DNA of 64,000 nucleotides from Gordius albopunctatus (Eukaryota): NCBI GenBank assembly GCA_964276515.1, contig OZ193909.1, positions 18,972,001 to 19,036,000 of the forward strand, read 5' to 3'. Shown piece by piece: positions 25,701 to 37,600 of this stretch (position 1 is its first letter; each line of letters starts with the position of its first letter). The notes under the pieces were generated by a model. It saw only the letters and a program-made list of their open reading frames with translations, ran no database searches and was not told where the DNA came from. The position numbers and the translations under genes were made by a program.

Positions 25701-27407
25701 TATTTATAAACATATAAATATTTGTCGAATTTTAAAAATATTACTTCTTAAATTATTATAAACAATATTATTTCGTAATTTCAAATAAATTATAATAATC
25801 TAATTTAAAATGTAAAATTATTTACTACTGAGAAAATAAACATATTAAAATAAAAAAAATATCAAAGGTTATGTCGTCGCACCAACCAAATAAATTAAAT
25901 TAAAAACAAAAATTAATTTAAAAAAAGTCGTAAATAACGAGCTTTGATCACAACTTTTGTCATACGTTACAAATCGGACTCGGCCATACAAGGCCAGCCA
26001 GCGTTTTATTTACCCGGTAGGGCCAAGAATGAAAACTTTCCTATTTAAATGCTCTTTCTTTAGCACCACTAAAATTAGGATAGAAGAACGTTCGCTTTTA
26101 TAATACTAATTGAGCCACTCCCAGCTATTTAATTGAATTATCATGGTTCATGATGGTGACATTTATATCCCCCCTACACAATGCCATTTGTCATCTCTCC
26201 AAAAACGCGACACAAGAGAAACACACACACACACAAACTAAGTTTGGTAGAAAAATTAAATTTTTTTCGTTGAATTTATCAATTACATTAAGAGGTAAGG
26301 CGTTCTCGTTAGTGTTATGAAAGGCCTTTGGCTCTAATAAGATTAAAGATCGACTTTAGTCTGGTTTTCAAATTTCGACTAATCCCGGGGGTCGACTAAG
26401 AAAAACAGACCAAAAAACCACGAAAGGTCGTCCTAAAAAAATCCATTCCTTTTTACAACACTAATTCTCATAGAACTGGTTTAGAAACTTAGTTGCCAAA
26501 TACCTTAAATTTTAATTTTTATAATGTATCATGAGGTTATAATAATATGGAAAAACAACGGCCACGTGGGTGGAGCTAGGGGAGGCAGAGAAGGGCGGCT
26601 GCCCCCCTCTAAATCCAAAAATTCAGTGAAATTTATCAAAATGGCTAGAATTTCAAAAAGTCATATTGCCCCTCCCACTTTTAATTCCAATGCTGGCTAC
26701 TCATAAGCTAGATCAGTTAAGGGGTCAAAAAATAAGATTTGGATGTTATTCATAGCAACTAAAAGTTGTGTTTTCACTTTCAATTCAGAAAATGTGACAA
26801 TTTATGCATGCTGTGAGTATGAAATAGTAAATTTGATTTATTTTTAAAAACCCTGCTGCTGTTTTCTCATGCCACAAAAGTCACGTATGCGGCTTAGTAG
26901 GTTAAGAAGGATGAGGCCGAAAAACGTGTTATTTTGAAAAACAAAATTTCCCTCGAAAAATTTAGAATGGAAATTTTAACTATTTTTACCTTCAAAAAGT
27001 AGTCAAAAACTCAATAAAAAATATGTTACATTATATTTATGTTTGTATATTATGTTGGAGTAACAAGCGGCTGGACTTTGTTTAATCGACCTTTGGCTTA
27101 ACTATGGTCAACTCGGGTCTGTTTTTCAAATTTCGACCAAGCCTCCAGGTTGACTAAGAAAAATAGACTCGATCCAGCCTTTGATCTATTTATGTTTAGT
27201 CGACTAAATCCAAAGGTCCATCAAACAAAATCCCGCCACTTGTTACAACATCAGTATATATAATTAATAATAAATTTTTATGGCAGAAATCGCGCAATAA
27301 TATAGAGAATTTAAATGAGACTTACGGATTGAAAAACAGGGAATAATAATGAGGAGGAATATGTGGATAAAGATCAATATTGAAATGTCGCTAATTTTGG
27401 GTGACAT
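22744..27407 (-). CDS. Secreted CAP/SCP/TAPS (CRISP / venom-allergen-like) protein with Cys-rich hinge and ShK-like C-terminal module, about 339 aa
   Basis: Exons 27326-27407 (signal peptide MSPKISDISILIFIHIFLLIIIPCFS), 25258-25412, 24825-24950, 24619-24709, 24158-24327, 23904-24004, 23698-23828, 22859-22985, 22744-22780. CAP motifs HNMIRSSVFPAAQDMMEIEWD, CGQNL, GHYVQLVWSTTRKVGC, WVCNYCPRG; tail CQNNYEHCNRYRTGC...NCPRQCHPGC. Exon 2 is the least certain. Confidence 0.88.
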
Positions 27408-27550
27408 TGCGAGCCCGATTTTTGTAATGGTTATAGAAAACTCTTCGAAATCGAAATCTTGCTTTGATTAAATGATAAGTGTTATGTGAAATTTTTGGGC
27501 GAATTTTGTTGAAGCGAAAGCTTTTGTATTAGAAATTGAAAAGGCATTAC

Positions 27551-27562
27551 TCTATTTATATA
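27551..27562 (-). promoter_or_regulatory. Candidate TATA box of the CAP gene
   Basis: Minus strand reads CCCCTATATAAATAGA about 150 nt upstream of the ATG at 27407. Confidence 0.45.
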
Positions 27563-28429
27563 GGGGCCGAGGTATGTTTGAAGTGATACGCTGGGGGGTG
27601 GGGATATAATAGACTTGTGGTATTTTACTTAAAACATTGTTAAAACTATAATATGAGAACCTTATATGGTTATAGAAGGAGAGGAACTATAAGCCCTTCT
27701 AAGTCAAAACTGAATCTATTATTGTAATGTAACTCTATGCCTATGTATGATGTATGTAGTAATTATTATTTATGTGTAAAAATGAGGGAAGATGGGTAGG
27801 TAGACTTAGTCTTATATTTTAGCCCATGGGGCAAACTTCCCACTATAGTTTAAAATTCAATTAGACACGAGAAAATGGGAAAATTCAAAGGAAAAATCTA
27901 AAGTGTTTTATGGTAATTTTGCCAATTTTTGTAGGACCCGAGGGAAAAGAAAATCCTTGGTAATAGCTTAAAATGTGGTGTGGGGGGTTGCAAGCTGGAA
28001 TTTTAAAAACCCCGTTATTTACGAATACCATATATCTTTCGCCTAATTTTCTGGTTGAGACCACCTGCCTTTTAAAAAGGGTTATTATTTACCCCAAAAA
28101 GTACATTTTTGCCAAAAATTTATAAATAAACGTAATCATCTCACCGCGGTTTATCTTAACAATTGTCAATATGGTTACCTATTATAAATATATCAACAAC
28201 TTTCAAACCCATTAACGATCTATTGTTACAGGAAGTAATAAAAAGTAGTAAAAAAAATAACCTTAAAAATTTAAACTCGTGCCGTAAAAATGATGGCTGG
28301 GATTTGACCTTTGGTCGACTAAACATAAAGAGACCAAATGATCCTTTGGCCGCTTTTTCTTAGTCGACTTCTAGGCTTAGTCGAAATTGGAAAAAGAGAC
28401 CAAGGTCGGCCGTTAGTATTAGTGGAACC

Positions 28430-29703
28430 CAGGCACGTAGCCAGGATTTTCTCAAGGGGGAAGAAAAATTCAAAAAAGAATTCGATACTTTTATTTATAA
28501 TTTAGCAAAAATAGACTTGGCGTACAATATATTCCAAAAACCAGCCTTGGAAAAATCTCTTCTCTTCATTAATCAGAGCATTTATTATTGCTTTTATAAA
28601 GGACATCGACATTATGCAAGTTATTCAAGTGGCAGAAAATATTAACATTCAGATAAAATTGAATAATGGCGGAAACCAAAGCAAAATTATATGATGAGTT
28701 TGTTCTGAAAAAATTCTCAAGTTGCTAATAAGCAAAATTATACAGTCAATCTGTTTACATTTTTTAGCATAGCTGAACGGTGTTTAGATAAAAAAAACAA
28801 GTTTTAGCTAATTTCCAATACTCTCTACACAAAATTTAATTTTTCCTAATTTCAGCTTTTTATCTGTTTCATCACGAGGAAAATTGAATAAAAGTTGTGG
28901 TCGATAAATTTTATCAAATTCTGCCAACTTATCGTCACAATGTTGTATGGTGTTAACATACAAAGATGTGTCATACGGCTCCGGGTTTCATGATGATTCT
29001 AAATCTAACATTAAATTATTTCAATTAACATTTTACAAATTTTAATTAACTCTTAATAAACTAAAAAAGACAAAATTTCACATACACAATTCGACTTTAT
29101 AATAGATGAGACATTTTAATCAATATTATTGTTTAAAACAATAGGTGTGAGTGTTACAATTGAATCTTCATCATTGGACAAATTCTAATCCTCTAGAAAT
29201 TATTATAGTTAGTTAAATTTAAATTTGTATATATACAGGATAGATAACATAAATATTAGTAGTCAATGCTCATTGCTTAAATTTATATGTTTAAAATTGG
29301 CAATGTAATTACAATATTTGTAACAATTAATATATATATATATAAATCAATTACTATAAACTATATAAACATGGAATAAAAGCCTAAGCCACTTGCTAGC
29401 AATACCAGGGTCTGGTATTTGAAGGGGGAAAAATCTTGTATACAAATTCTTTTCATAATTTACAAACAATGGTGGAAAGTTATAATGGGGGGGGGGCACA
29501 AGCTTTTAGTCGAAAATTAAATTCTAAAAATCGAATATATATATTATATTTCCAGGCTTTTATAAGTGTCTCAAAATCTTTTATGCAACTAAACTATAAT
29601 ATTTTAACCCATTTAATCTAATTTTTATTAATCAAAAAAATTTTCAAATTTTAGTCAAGGGGGTAGAAAATTCCCGCTTTCTCCCCCCTTGGCTACGTGC
29701 CTG
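28430..29703. mobile_element. 1.27-kb non-autonomous TIR element nested in a GTCGAC-type MITE
   Basis: TIRs CAGGCACGTAGCCAG / TTGGCTACGTGCCTG; host MITE sequence is split on either side (28260-28429 and 29704-29752). Confidence 0.75.
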
Positions 29704-31674
29704 GCTAGAACCAAGGGTCGACCAAACAAATCCCAGTCTTTTTTACAATACTATTTTAACCACATATTTAAAAATAAATAACCTTAATTTAAATTCTTTC
29801 TTTTTCTCATAAAATTAAGGAGGAAATAAATGGAATTTTAAAGACAAAACTTTGGCGTTTTGATGTCTTGGTGACATACTGATTTTGACAGTGTACAGAA
29901 AAGTTTGACAAGTCGACTTTATTAAAATGATGTCAAAATTTTCTTTATAATTTTTTAGCAGTTCGTTTCATGAGTAATTGCTCCTTAAATGTAGTTCACA
30001 AAAATATATTGACACACTTTAATAAAAAGGGAATTCTTAATCTCAGAAAACATTTACTTTTCGCAGAAATCTTTTCCACTTTTGAATTTAGTGCTTTTTT
30101 ATTCCTAGAAATAAACTTGTTAACCTTTTTTCTCAGAAACGATTTTCTTAGAAACTGTAGCCTATTAAATGTTAGCGGGCAATTATATAGATGGTTCTAC
30201 CCAAATCTCGGTATTTTTGCATTTAATGACCATTCGCTAAGCTTACCTCGTGCTTATAAAATGGGGATAAAATACCCTATTATATCAGCAAATTTCATAT
30301 TTATTTAATACCCTGTTTGTATCCTTTTCTAGTAATAACTTAATTTTTATAGTACCTGCACAAATGAGCGTAGCCAAGGCGGGGGGCAGAGAGGGGCGGC
30401 TGCCCCCTCTAAATCCTAAAATTTGCTGAAATTTATTAAAATTGTAGCTAAAAATACAAAAAATGTTCATTTTGCCCCTCCCTAAATCACTATTGCCCCC
30501 CCCCCATTTTTGCTGTTGTCGTTTAAAGCACACTCAAAAAATATCCTTTTCTTCGACTACGTGTTTTAAGTGGTATGTGGTTAAAAATAACCACGCAGCT
30601 GGCAAAAAATTGTCACCAAAAATAAATCGAAAATTATAAATTAGTTTAATGTTTGGATTTTTATATATAGTATAGATGGCGGTAACTAAGTGGGGGCAAA
30701 TCCAAAAATTTGTAAAAATTTATTGAAATCAGGGCTAAAATTTTAAAAATAATGATCATTTTGCCCCTTCCTAAATTATTAGTGCCCCCCCTCTAATTCC
30801 AATGCTGGCTAAGCCGATGAGAGTATTTTACTTTTGCCCCTTAAGTAAGCATCTGTAAATTGTTGAGTTTGCAAATAAATCACAATAAAACTAGACTCAA
30901 AAGAAACCTGGTTAAGCTTTATAAACGACATTTTTCCCATTTTTACACGTATAAAGAATGCTATTTTGACGCATTTAGCCCGTCTAAAGTATCAAAAAAT
31001 CATGACACACTGAAATGGGTGACGTATAAAAGGTCATATATCACACCCTTTCTTTATTACATATTTCACGTATAATAATAATTTGGGATTCAAGAAGTGT
31101 TGAAAAAAACATACCCTGGCCATTTCTCACAGCCACAAAGGTGTGCAAAGAAAAAGGGAAAATTTCACTTGGTTGGCTTCAACAAACACACAGAGAGAGA
31201 GAAAGAGAAGAGTGAAAACGGGAAAAAACGCTCAAAGCAAAATTTTGAGGTATTAATGTCAAGAGCTTGGTGGTGGGAAAGATTACCGAGCTTCAGGCTA
31301 TTTTCTATAAGATTTCCCCTGCCAAAATGAGAGGCAAAAAAATAAATTACGAAATAACTAGATTTTAACGAGAAATAAATACAAAAATATTTTTGCCATT
31401 TTGGGTAAAAATGCTTTGAATAACTAGAGTATAGATAGCCTTAACTACTTGATTCATACCTTTTCCATCATTTTTGACATGATTTGGCCTACAGAAGACT
31501 TGCTTCATATATCACACACCAAGTTCCGAGAAATATTTCAACGTCACTTTTACATTTTTTTGCGCGATATCGTAAATAAACACACTTTAACATAATGCAA
31601 AAACAATCGAATATTTTATAAACAAAATTATATTTCAAGGGGAATAAATAAGATGAGGGGTAGCGATTGGATCG

Positions 31675-34600
31675 CTAGGAAGTTGTGAAGGCTAAGGACT
31701 CTGAGACGCTCGAACATACAGGGCAATTCACCTAGTATTAAAATGTCCAAAAATTTAATAAAAATTAAAATATGTGCGATTTAGGTGAAAAGACAATCAT
31801 CGGATTTGCAATAAGGCTATATATTCAATATATAATAAAATAACTATTGCTTAACTTGTACAAATTTATAAAAATTTAGTTTATTTCCAAATAATTGTCT
31901 ATGATACATGCTAAAATATATAAAAATAATGAGTAGGCACAATAGAGCCATGGATTGAGATTGTATTGGATTTTACAATTTCCATGGTGATTTTTTGCTA
32001 ATATAAAAAATTCTCTGGGGCGTCATATAATTAAAATAAAAAATTACGATTATTGTTCAAGGAATTGGCCACCCTCGGGACCTAAATTACCGAGGGTCGT
32101 GGCCACTACTGGAACAAAAATGAAATTATTAAGGTATTTGTATTTTTTAAATTTTTTCTCTCCGTAGAAGAGATGAGGTATTTATAAAACTTAATAATTG
32201 GATGTGATAATTTTTTGCGCAATCTTTAAAAAGTATTTTGAATTAAAATCCATCATATCAAACAAATCTTCATGTAACACTCGTTAATAAAACACAAATT
32301 CAACCGAAATATTTATACCATCTATCTTACCTATTAAATCGCTATTTTTGACGCGGTTTCAAGGTTTTACACAAAAATTCCTCATCCCGACTTAACAAAC
32401 AAAACTACACAATAACTACTTAAAAGCTAAGAAACGATTGAAAATGCAAGGCCACGCCAAAATAGTCACCCGCCTAAATCCTCTTTAAAATAAGGGGGGA
32501 GATAAGGGGTAATCGCATTTCAAACAGGATGTAATGAATGATTGTCACATATATAGTTGTCCCCCCCTTTGGACAGTATTGTCCTGTCCAGTAGCCACAG
32601 ACTCTTTTTTGATAGTGATGGCACAAGTCTGTTTACTACTTTCAAAAGCGTACATCTAATAAGACGCGCTGGATAACAACACTAAGTGAGGCTTGTTTTA
32701 ATATGGGATTTGCTGCGCAGCCAAAATCGTCTTACGGGTCTTAACATAGCCGTGTGTCTTAACTTGGAATTCATAGCAGATTCACATTTCAGACGCATAA
32801 CATAACAGCGATTTTGTAAGATGCAAAATTTTACCTAAGCTTAAATGTTGTATGCCTTTAAATTTTTAGGTATCAGCTTTAGCTATCAAAAAACAAAATA
32901 TGAATAATTACAACCGATTTTGACTGATGAAATTAAATCGGATATTTAGACAAAGATAAATTCTCGCGATTTGAATCTGAATCCGATATTAAGAGCCCTA
33001 ACAAGGACGCAACTAACTTTTGAGCAGCCACGTTCTTGATCAAAAGGCTGGGCGGTCGGCAAGCAAGCGGAGTGAAATACGTGATCGCAATGATAAAATA
33101 CGATATCGGAGTAGAGGAGTTGTTCTTTGCTAGATTTTGCAATCTTGCCTCCTAATCCTTTCCCCAACCCCTGACTCGGAGGAGAAGAAGGTGATTTCGA
33201 TGTTTTAGCCATTGATTTCAAGGATTGCGTAGAAGAAGCTTGTTTCCTGCATAGTAAATCCAAAAAAATGTAATAAAATATACCGATGATGTAAGTCTCG
33301 AAAAGGGCTGGACATGGAGGTAGCGGGGAAGAGAGGAAGAGGACGACCTCGTGTCACGTGGAAAGGGCAAGTCGATAAAGTTAAGAAATCTATTATCCGA
33401 TCAAGATGGAAGCATCTAAATAAACCCCACGACTATGGGATCAAACAATTGATAGAGAAGAAGAAGAAGAAGAATGTATAGGGATTATCATTATTATTAT
33501 GACAGGAATATTTAGAAAGCTGTAGAATAGAGGGTTAATTTCGCCTTAAAGTTAACGCCTCTTTCTCCTAGGGCACCAGAAAGTAAACTTAATTTAGTTA
33601 AAAGTACAATTAACCCATCGATAATATTGATTGCCCAGTACCTTAAACACTAGTCGAAGGAAGATAGATATTGTTATCGATTATATAAAAATATTTTCCT
33701 TTAAATGATGATTATCGCGTATGATCGTATTACATGAATTGAACCGGTTTTTGGGTGAAAATTTTGACTATTATTTAATAAAGTTTTTTTTTTGTCAAAA
33801 AGTTTATTTTCAAGAAACAAAGTTACATTAGATAATGAGATTTCATATCAATTTCAATTATTAATACCCAAGTCAACAATTCACAATCTTTAACCTTATG
33901 TTTTTAAATTATATTCACAACTAAATCTTTTTATTGGGATAAAGGTTAAAAGGAAGTTGTTAAAATAGTTGCGTATAATAATAATCTAGTCATCGCCTAA
34001 CTTTGATCACAACAGGATTTAAAATTTGTTACAAAAAATCTCAGCTTCGGTTGGGCGAGATATTTTTCTAGAAGGGTTGGCCCAAGCTAAATTAATGCGT
34101 CACATGAATAGGCTACATAGATTGCTCATGTCATATGTTTCATAGGGGAAAATGTTTATACCATTAAATCAACCATTTCGAATTTAACTATCTACCAGTC
34201 TTTTTTACGACACCACTATCTAGAGTTGTTAAAATGCTAACTTTCTTCAAACTTCAGACGAGATCACGCTCACTGAATGGCTTAATATGCGCGTTAGCAC
34301 AATATGTGCTCGCTGTTCGGTGCACTAGGTAGAGCAGTAGCATATAAAAATGCTCGAGGGCCGAGCAGAAATTCGAGCAGATGGTAGCTGAAGTTGAAGA
34401 AAGTTAGCAATATAACAACTCTACCACTACCTACCCCATGTATCATCTTTCTGCGGTGTTGTATTAGCCCCCATCGTTAAAACGGGTAAAATGTGAATTT
34501 AACTCTCTCATTAGTTCATAAATAAATGTGAATGTTGTTAATAAATGGCACTGAGTGATGCTTTAGCATCACATAGCACGCACTTACATGCCGACGGAGG

Positions 34601-37600
34601 TAATGAAGCCAGGTTTGGAGAAGAGGTCTGATTGACAGCTACCACATTTAACGGATGATTTTGCATTGGAAGAAAATAGCTGGACAGGCCAGGAACCTAG
34701 GGTCAGGGATTCAGTCATGGCTTTGTATTTGTTACGGAACAAGAGATCTACGTCCTTGAGCAAAATCTTTTTACTATCTTCCCTTAGAGCGATCTACAAT
34801 ACAATTTTGGGAAATAGAGCAATGTTTAAGAAACGAGTATAATAATTGTGATGTGTGTAGCTAGGAAATCCAAAAAATTGTTAAAATTTATTAAAATTAT
34901 GGCAACAATTTCAAAAAAATGATCATTTTGCCCCTCTTCAAATTTCATTATTGCCCTTCTCTAATCCGAATGCTTGCTACGTCCATGATAGTTACTATGC
35001 AATTTATGGGCTCGTATTTGGTTGTCCTGTCCGTTCTGTCCAAATTGTATTTATCCATCAATATTAGTTTTAAAATCGATTGTTGAAATAATTAAATGTT
35101 AGATATTTAAGATTTTTTGTGTGATGTAAAGTTAGAATATTATCAGAGTTTTGTCGATTAACATTAAAAGAGGATGACACCAAAATATCACAGCAAACAT
35201 TTTTCTTAAATTTTACAATTAGAGGTTTGTATAATTATGATGATTATTAAAATAGGAAGAGATAAATTTTATTTATAGAATTTTCATATTTAAAGTATAC
35301 AAGAGTTCCCATTCTTCGAGAATGATGTTAGAAAACAAACTTAATAACATTAAAGTTCCAATAAAAATGGTATGACAAAAAAGAAAGAAAAATAATTAAT
35401 AACTAACTTGTAAATGGTAATCTTGGAGGATTTTAACGATTGAATCTCTGAGACCCTCAATTTTCATTGAGGGTTTAATTTGTTTGATAAGGATCAAAGG
35501 GTCCACATAAGTACCAATATTTTGAAGCAATATTGTCACAAACTCTGTGTCACATTGAAATATGTAAAAGTACGATAATAAAACTTTTTACATTTATCTT
35601 GGAAAATGGCCCGCAAGTAAAAAAATTTAATTATGAAACAAAATATTAACACATTCCTATAGTTTATTTCAGTCAGACGACCTGTAATTATTGGCATATA
35701 GTTATTATCAAATAAATACCGAGTTTATAAAAAGTTTGTGAGAAATGTATTTTTTATTCTTTAATCTGCAAAAGAGTTTATTTTAGTTATAAAAATACGA
35801 ATCTTTAAATTTTTCAAAATTTTACTAGGATCATCAACGGATAATCTGATAAGTTCATTCCATAAATCAGCATCATCTTGTTCCTTGCAAAAATTTATAG
35901 CGCCTTCGATGTCACCCAATTTATAAATCATAATTTTTATGGCTTCTTTCGAATTCCCCATTCGACCTTGAGATTTTTAAATATAAAAATAAAATTAAAT
36001 AGAAAAATATTAAAGGAGGGTGGGGGCAACTTAACTTTGGACACGACAGGACATGCTTACTAGAAAGTCAACTTAAAAATTGAATAAAAATTAAATACCG
36101 AAGTATAGCTCATTGTTTTTTAGTATAAATAAGCAAAATGAGCCCTTTGGTTTGTTCCTTCGAATATAAGAATAAGCATTAAAAGTTTTTAAATGATGTG
36201 TAAGTATGTTTCGCGGAATATAGAGAGACAATTTTATAAGAAGCGTCCAAGTTATTACCATATATATAAACTGCTTCTTGATAAAGTGAGCGCCCGATGC
36301 ATTCTTCCAAGCCCTTTTGCAGGGGGTAATGCTGACTTGTTTTCAAGAAAGACATAAGTTTTTCGGGTAAGAATTCAGCGTACAATTTAACCTAAAATTA
36401 ATTGTGAGCGTATTTAAAAGAGTATTTCAATACTTGCAATCCGTGGTAAGCCTTTCCAAAGTGAAAATCTTTGTCGAATAACTTATCTAAATATTTCAAC
36501 AATATTTCTGGCCGATCTTCAAGTTGCTGAACTATTTGATTTAAAGGAATCTAAAATAAACGTACACATTAAGGCATGCGCCAGTAAAATTCCACGTCAT
36601 ATAGTTTTTGAATACCTTCTTCGTATATATTATATACAAATAAATATTTTAGAAAATTTCTACCCTTTATTTTTAACACCCTCGACAATTCCCGATAATT
36701 TATCCAAGAAATACAAATAAATGTTCAAAAACTATAATCTTATTTAATTTATTTTTATATTTTTAGGATTAAATTTAAATTTACTTTAATTCGATTGTCT
36801 ACCAAAAGATTCAACGTTTTTTCTTGGTTCAATGCCAATAGAGACGTTATCTTATCTTTAATATCAGCAAATAATTCTCTTTCCACAATCAAATCAAAAG
36901 CTTGTTCCAACTTTAATCGCATATAAATTTCCAAAGCTTTGTTAAACTTTGCATCGTATATGTATCTGGTAAAAAATATTATTAATGTATACACAAATAT
37001 TACATACTATAGTATCTCATTTAAATCATTGGTATTCAAACCAAAGATTAAAAAAAACACATGCACTGATATAAATCCAAAGAATTATTAGATAAAAATA
37101 TATAAAAATTTCAATTTCAGAATTTCTTGAATTTAATTTCTCAATTATTAAGATTTTCCAATGTTACTTACAAAAGAGCTAATCCTTGTTGAAGAGCAGA
37201 ATTGTGAGCGTCAGAGGCTAGTCGATCCAACACGAGATTTATAACCAAAGGAACGTTATACAATTTGCTGGGCCAAAGTTTCATAATTTCCAAAAATTTC
37301 TAAAAAGAACGAAATCCCATAGCTTAAACAAAAAATTATATATTATTTTTTAAAAAAATGAATTTTTTTAATTACATCATAAGCATCTTGGGGTCTTAGC
37401 TCTTCAGACCCGTCAACATTGATTAATTCAGCCAAAACTAAGTGATAACAAGCAGGTTCTAATTCGATTTCGCCTCGTCCATTTCTACCTAACGGTAAGT
37501 AATGGCTTTCCTCGCCCTGATCCGATTTCGCGTCGAATCTTCGTAAAATATATAATTCAAGAGTTATCATTAAATATAATTACACTGATAAAATTGTTGA

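Noticed and set aside
32400..32880. Higher-complexity intronic segment as a possible snoRNA or nested exon
   Set aside because: No convincing C/D or H/ACA box arrangement and no phase-consistent ORF could be found by eye; left unannotated.
32946..33017. VPS41 ending at 32946 as the ORF track implies
   Set aside because: A donor at 33017 and a terminal exon at 31675-31731 supply the missing CPVC RING ligands, so that is the better main model.
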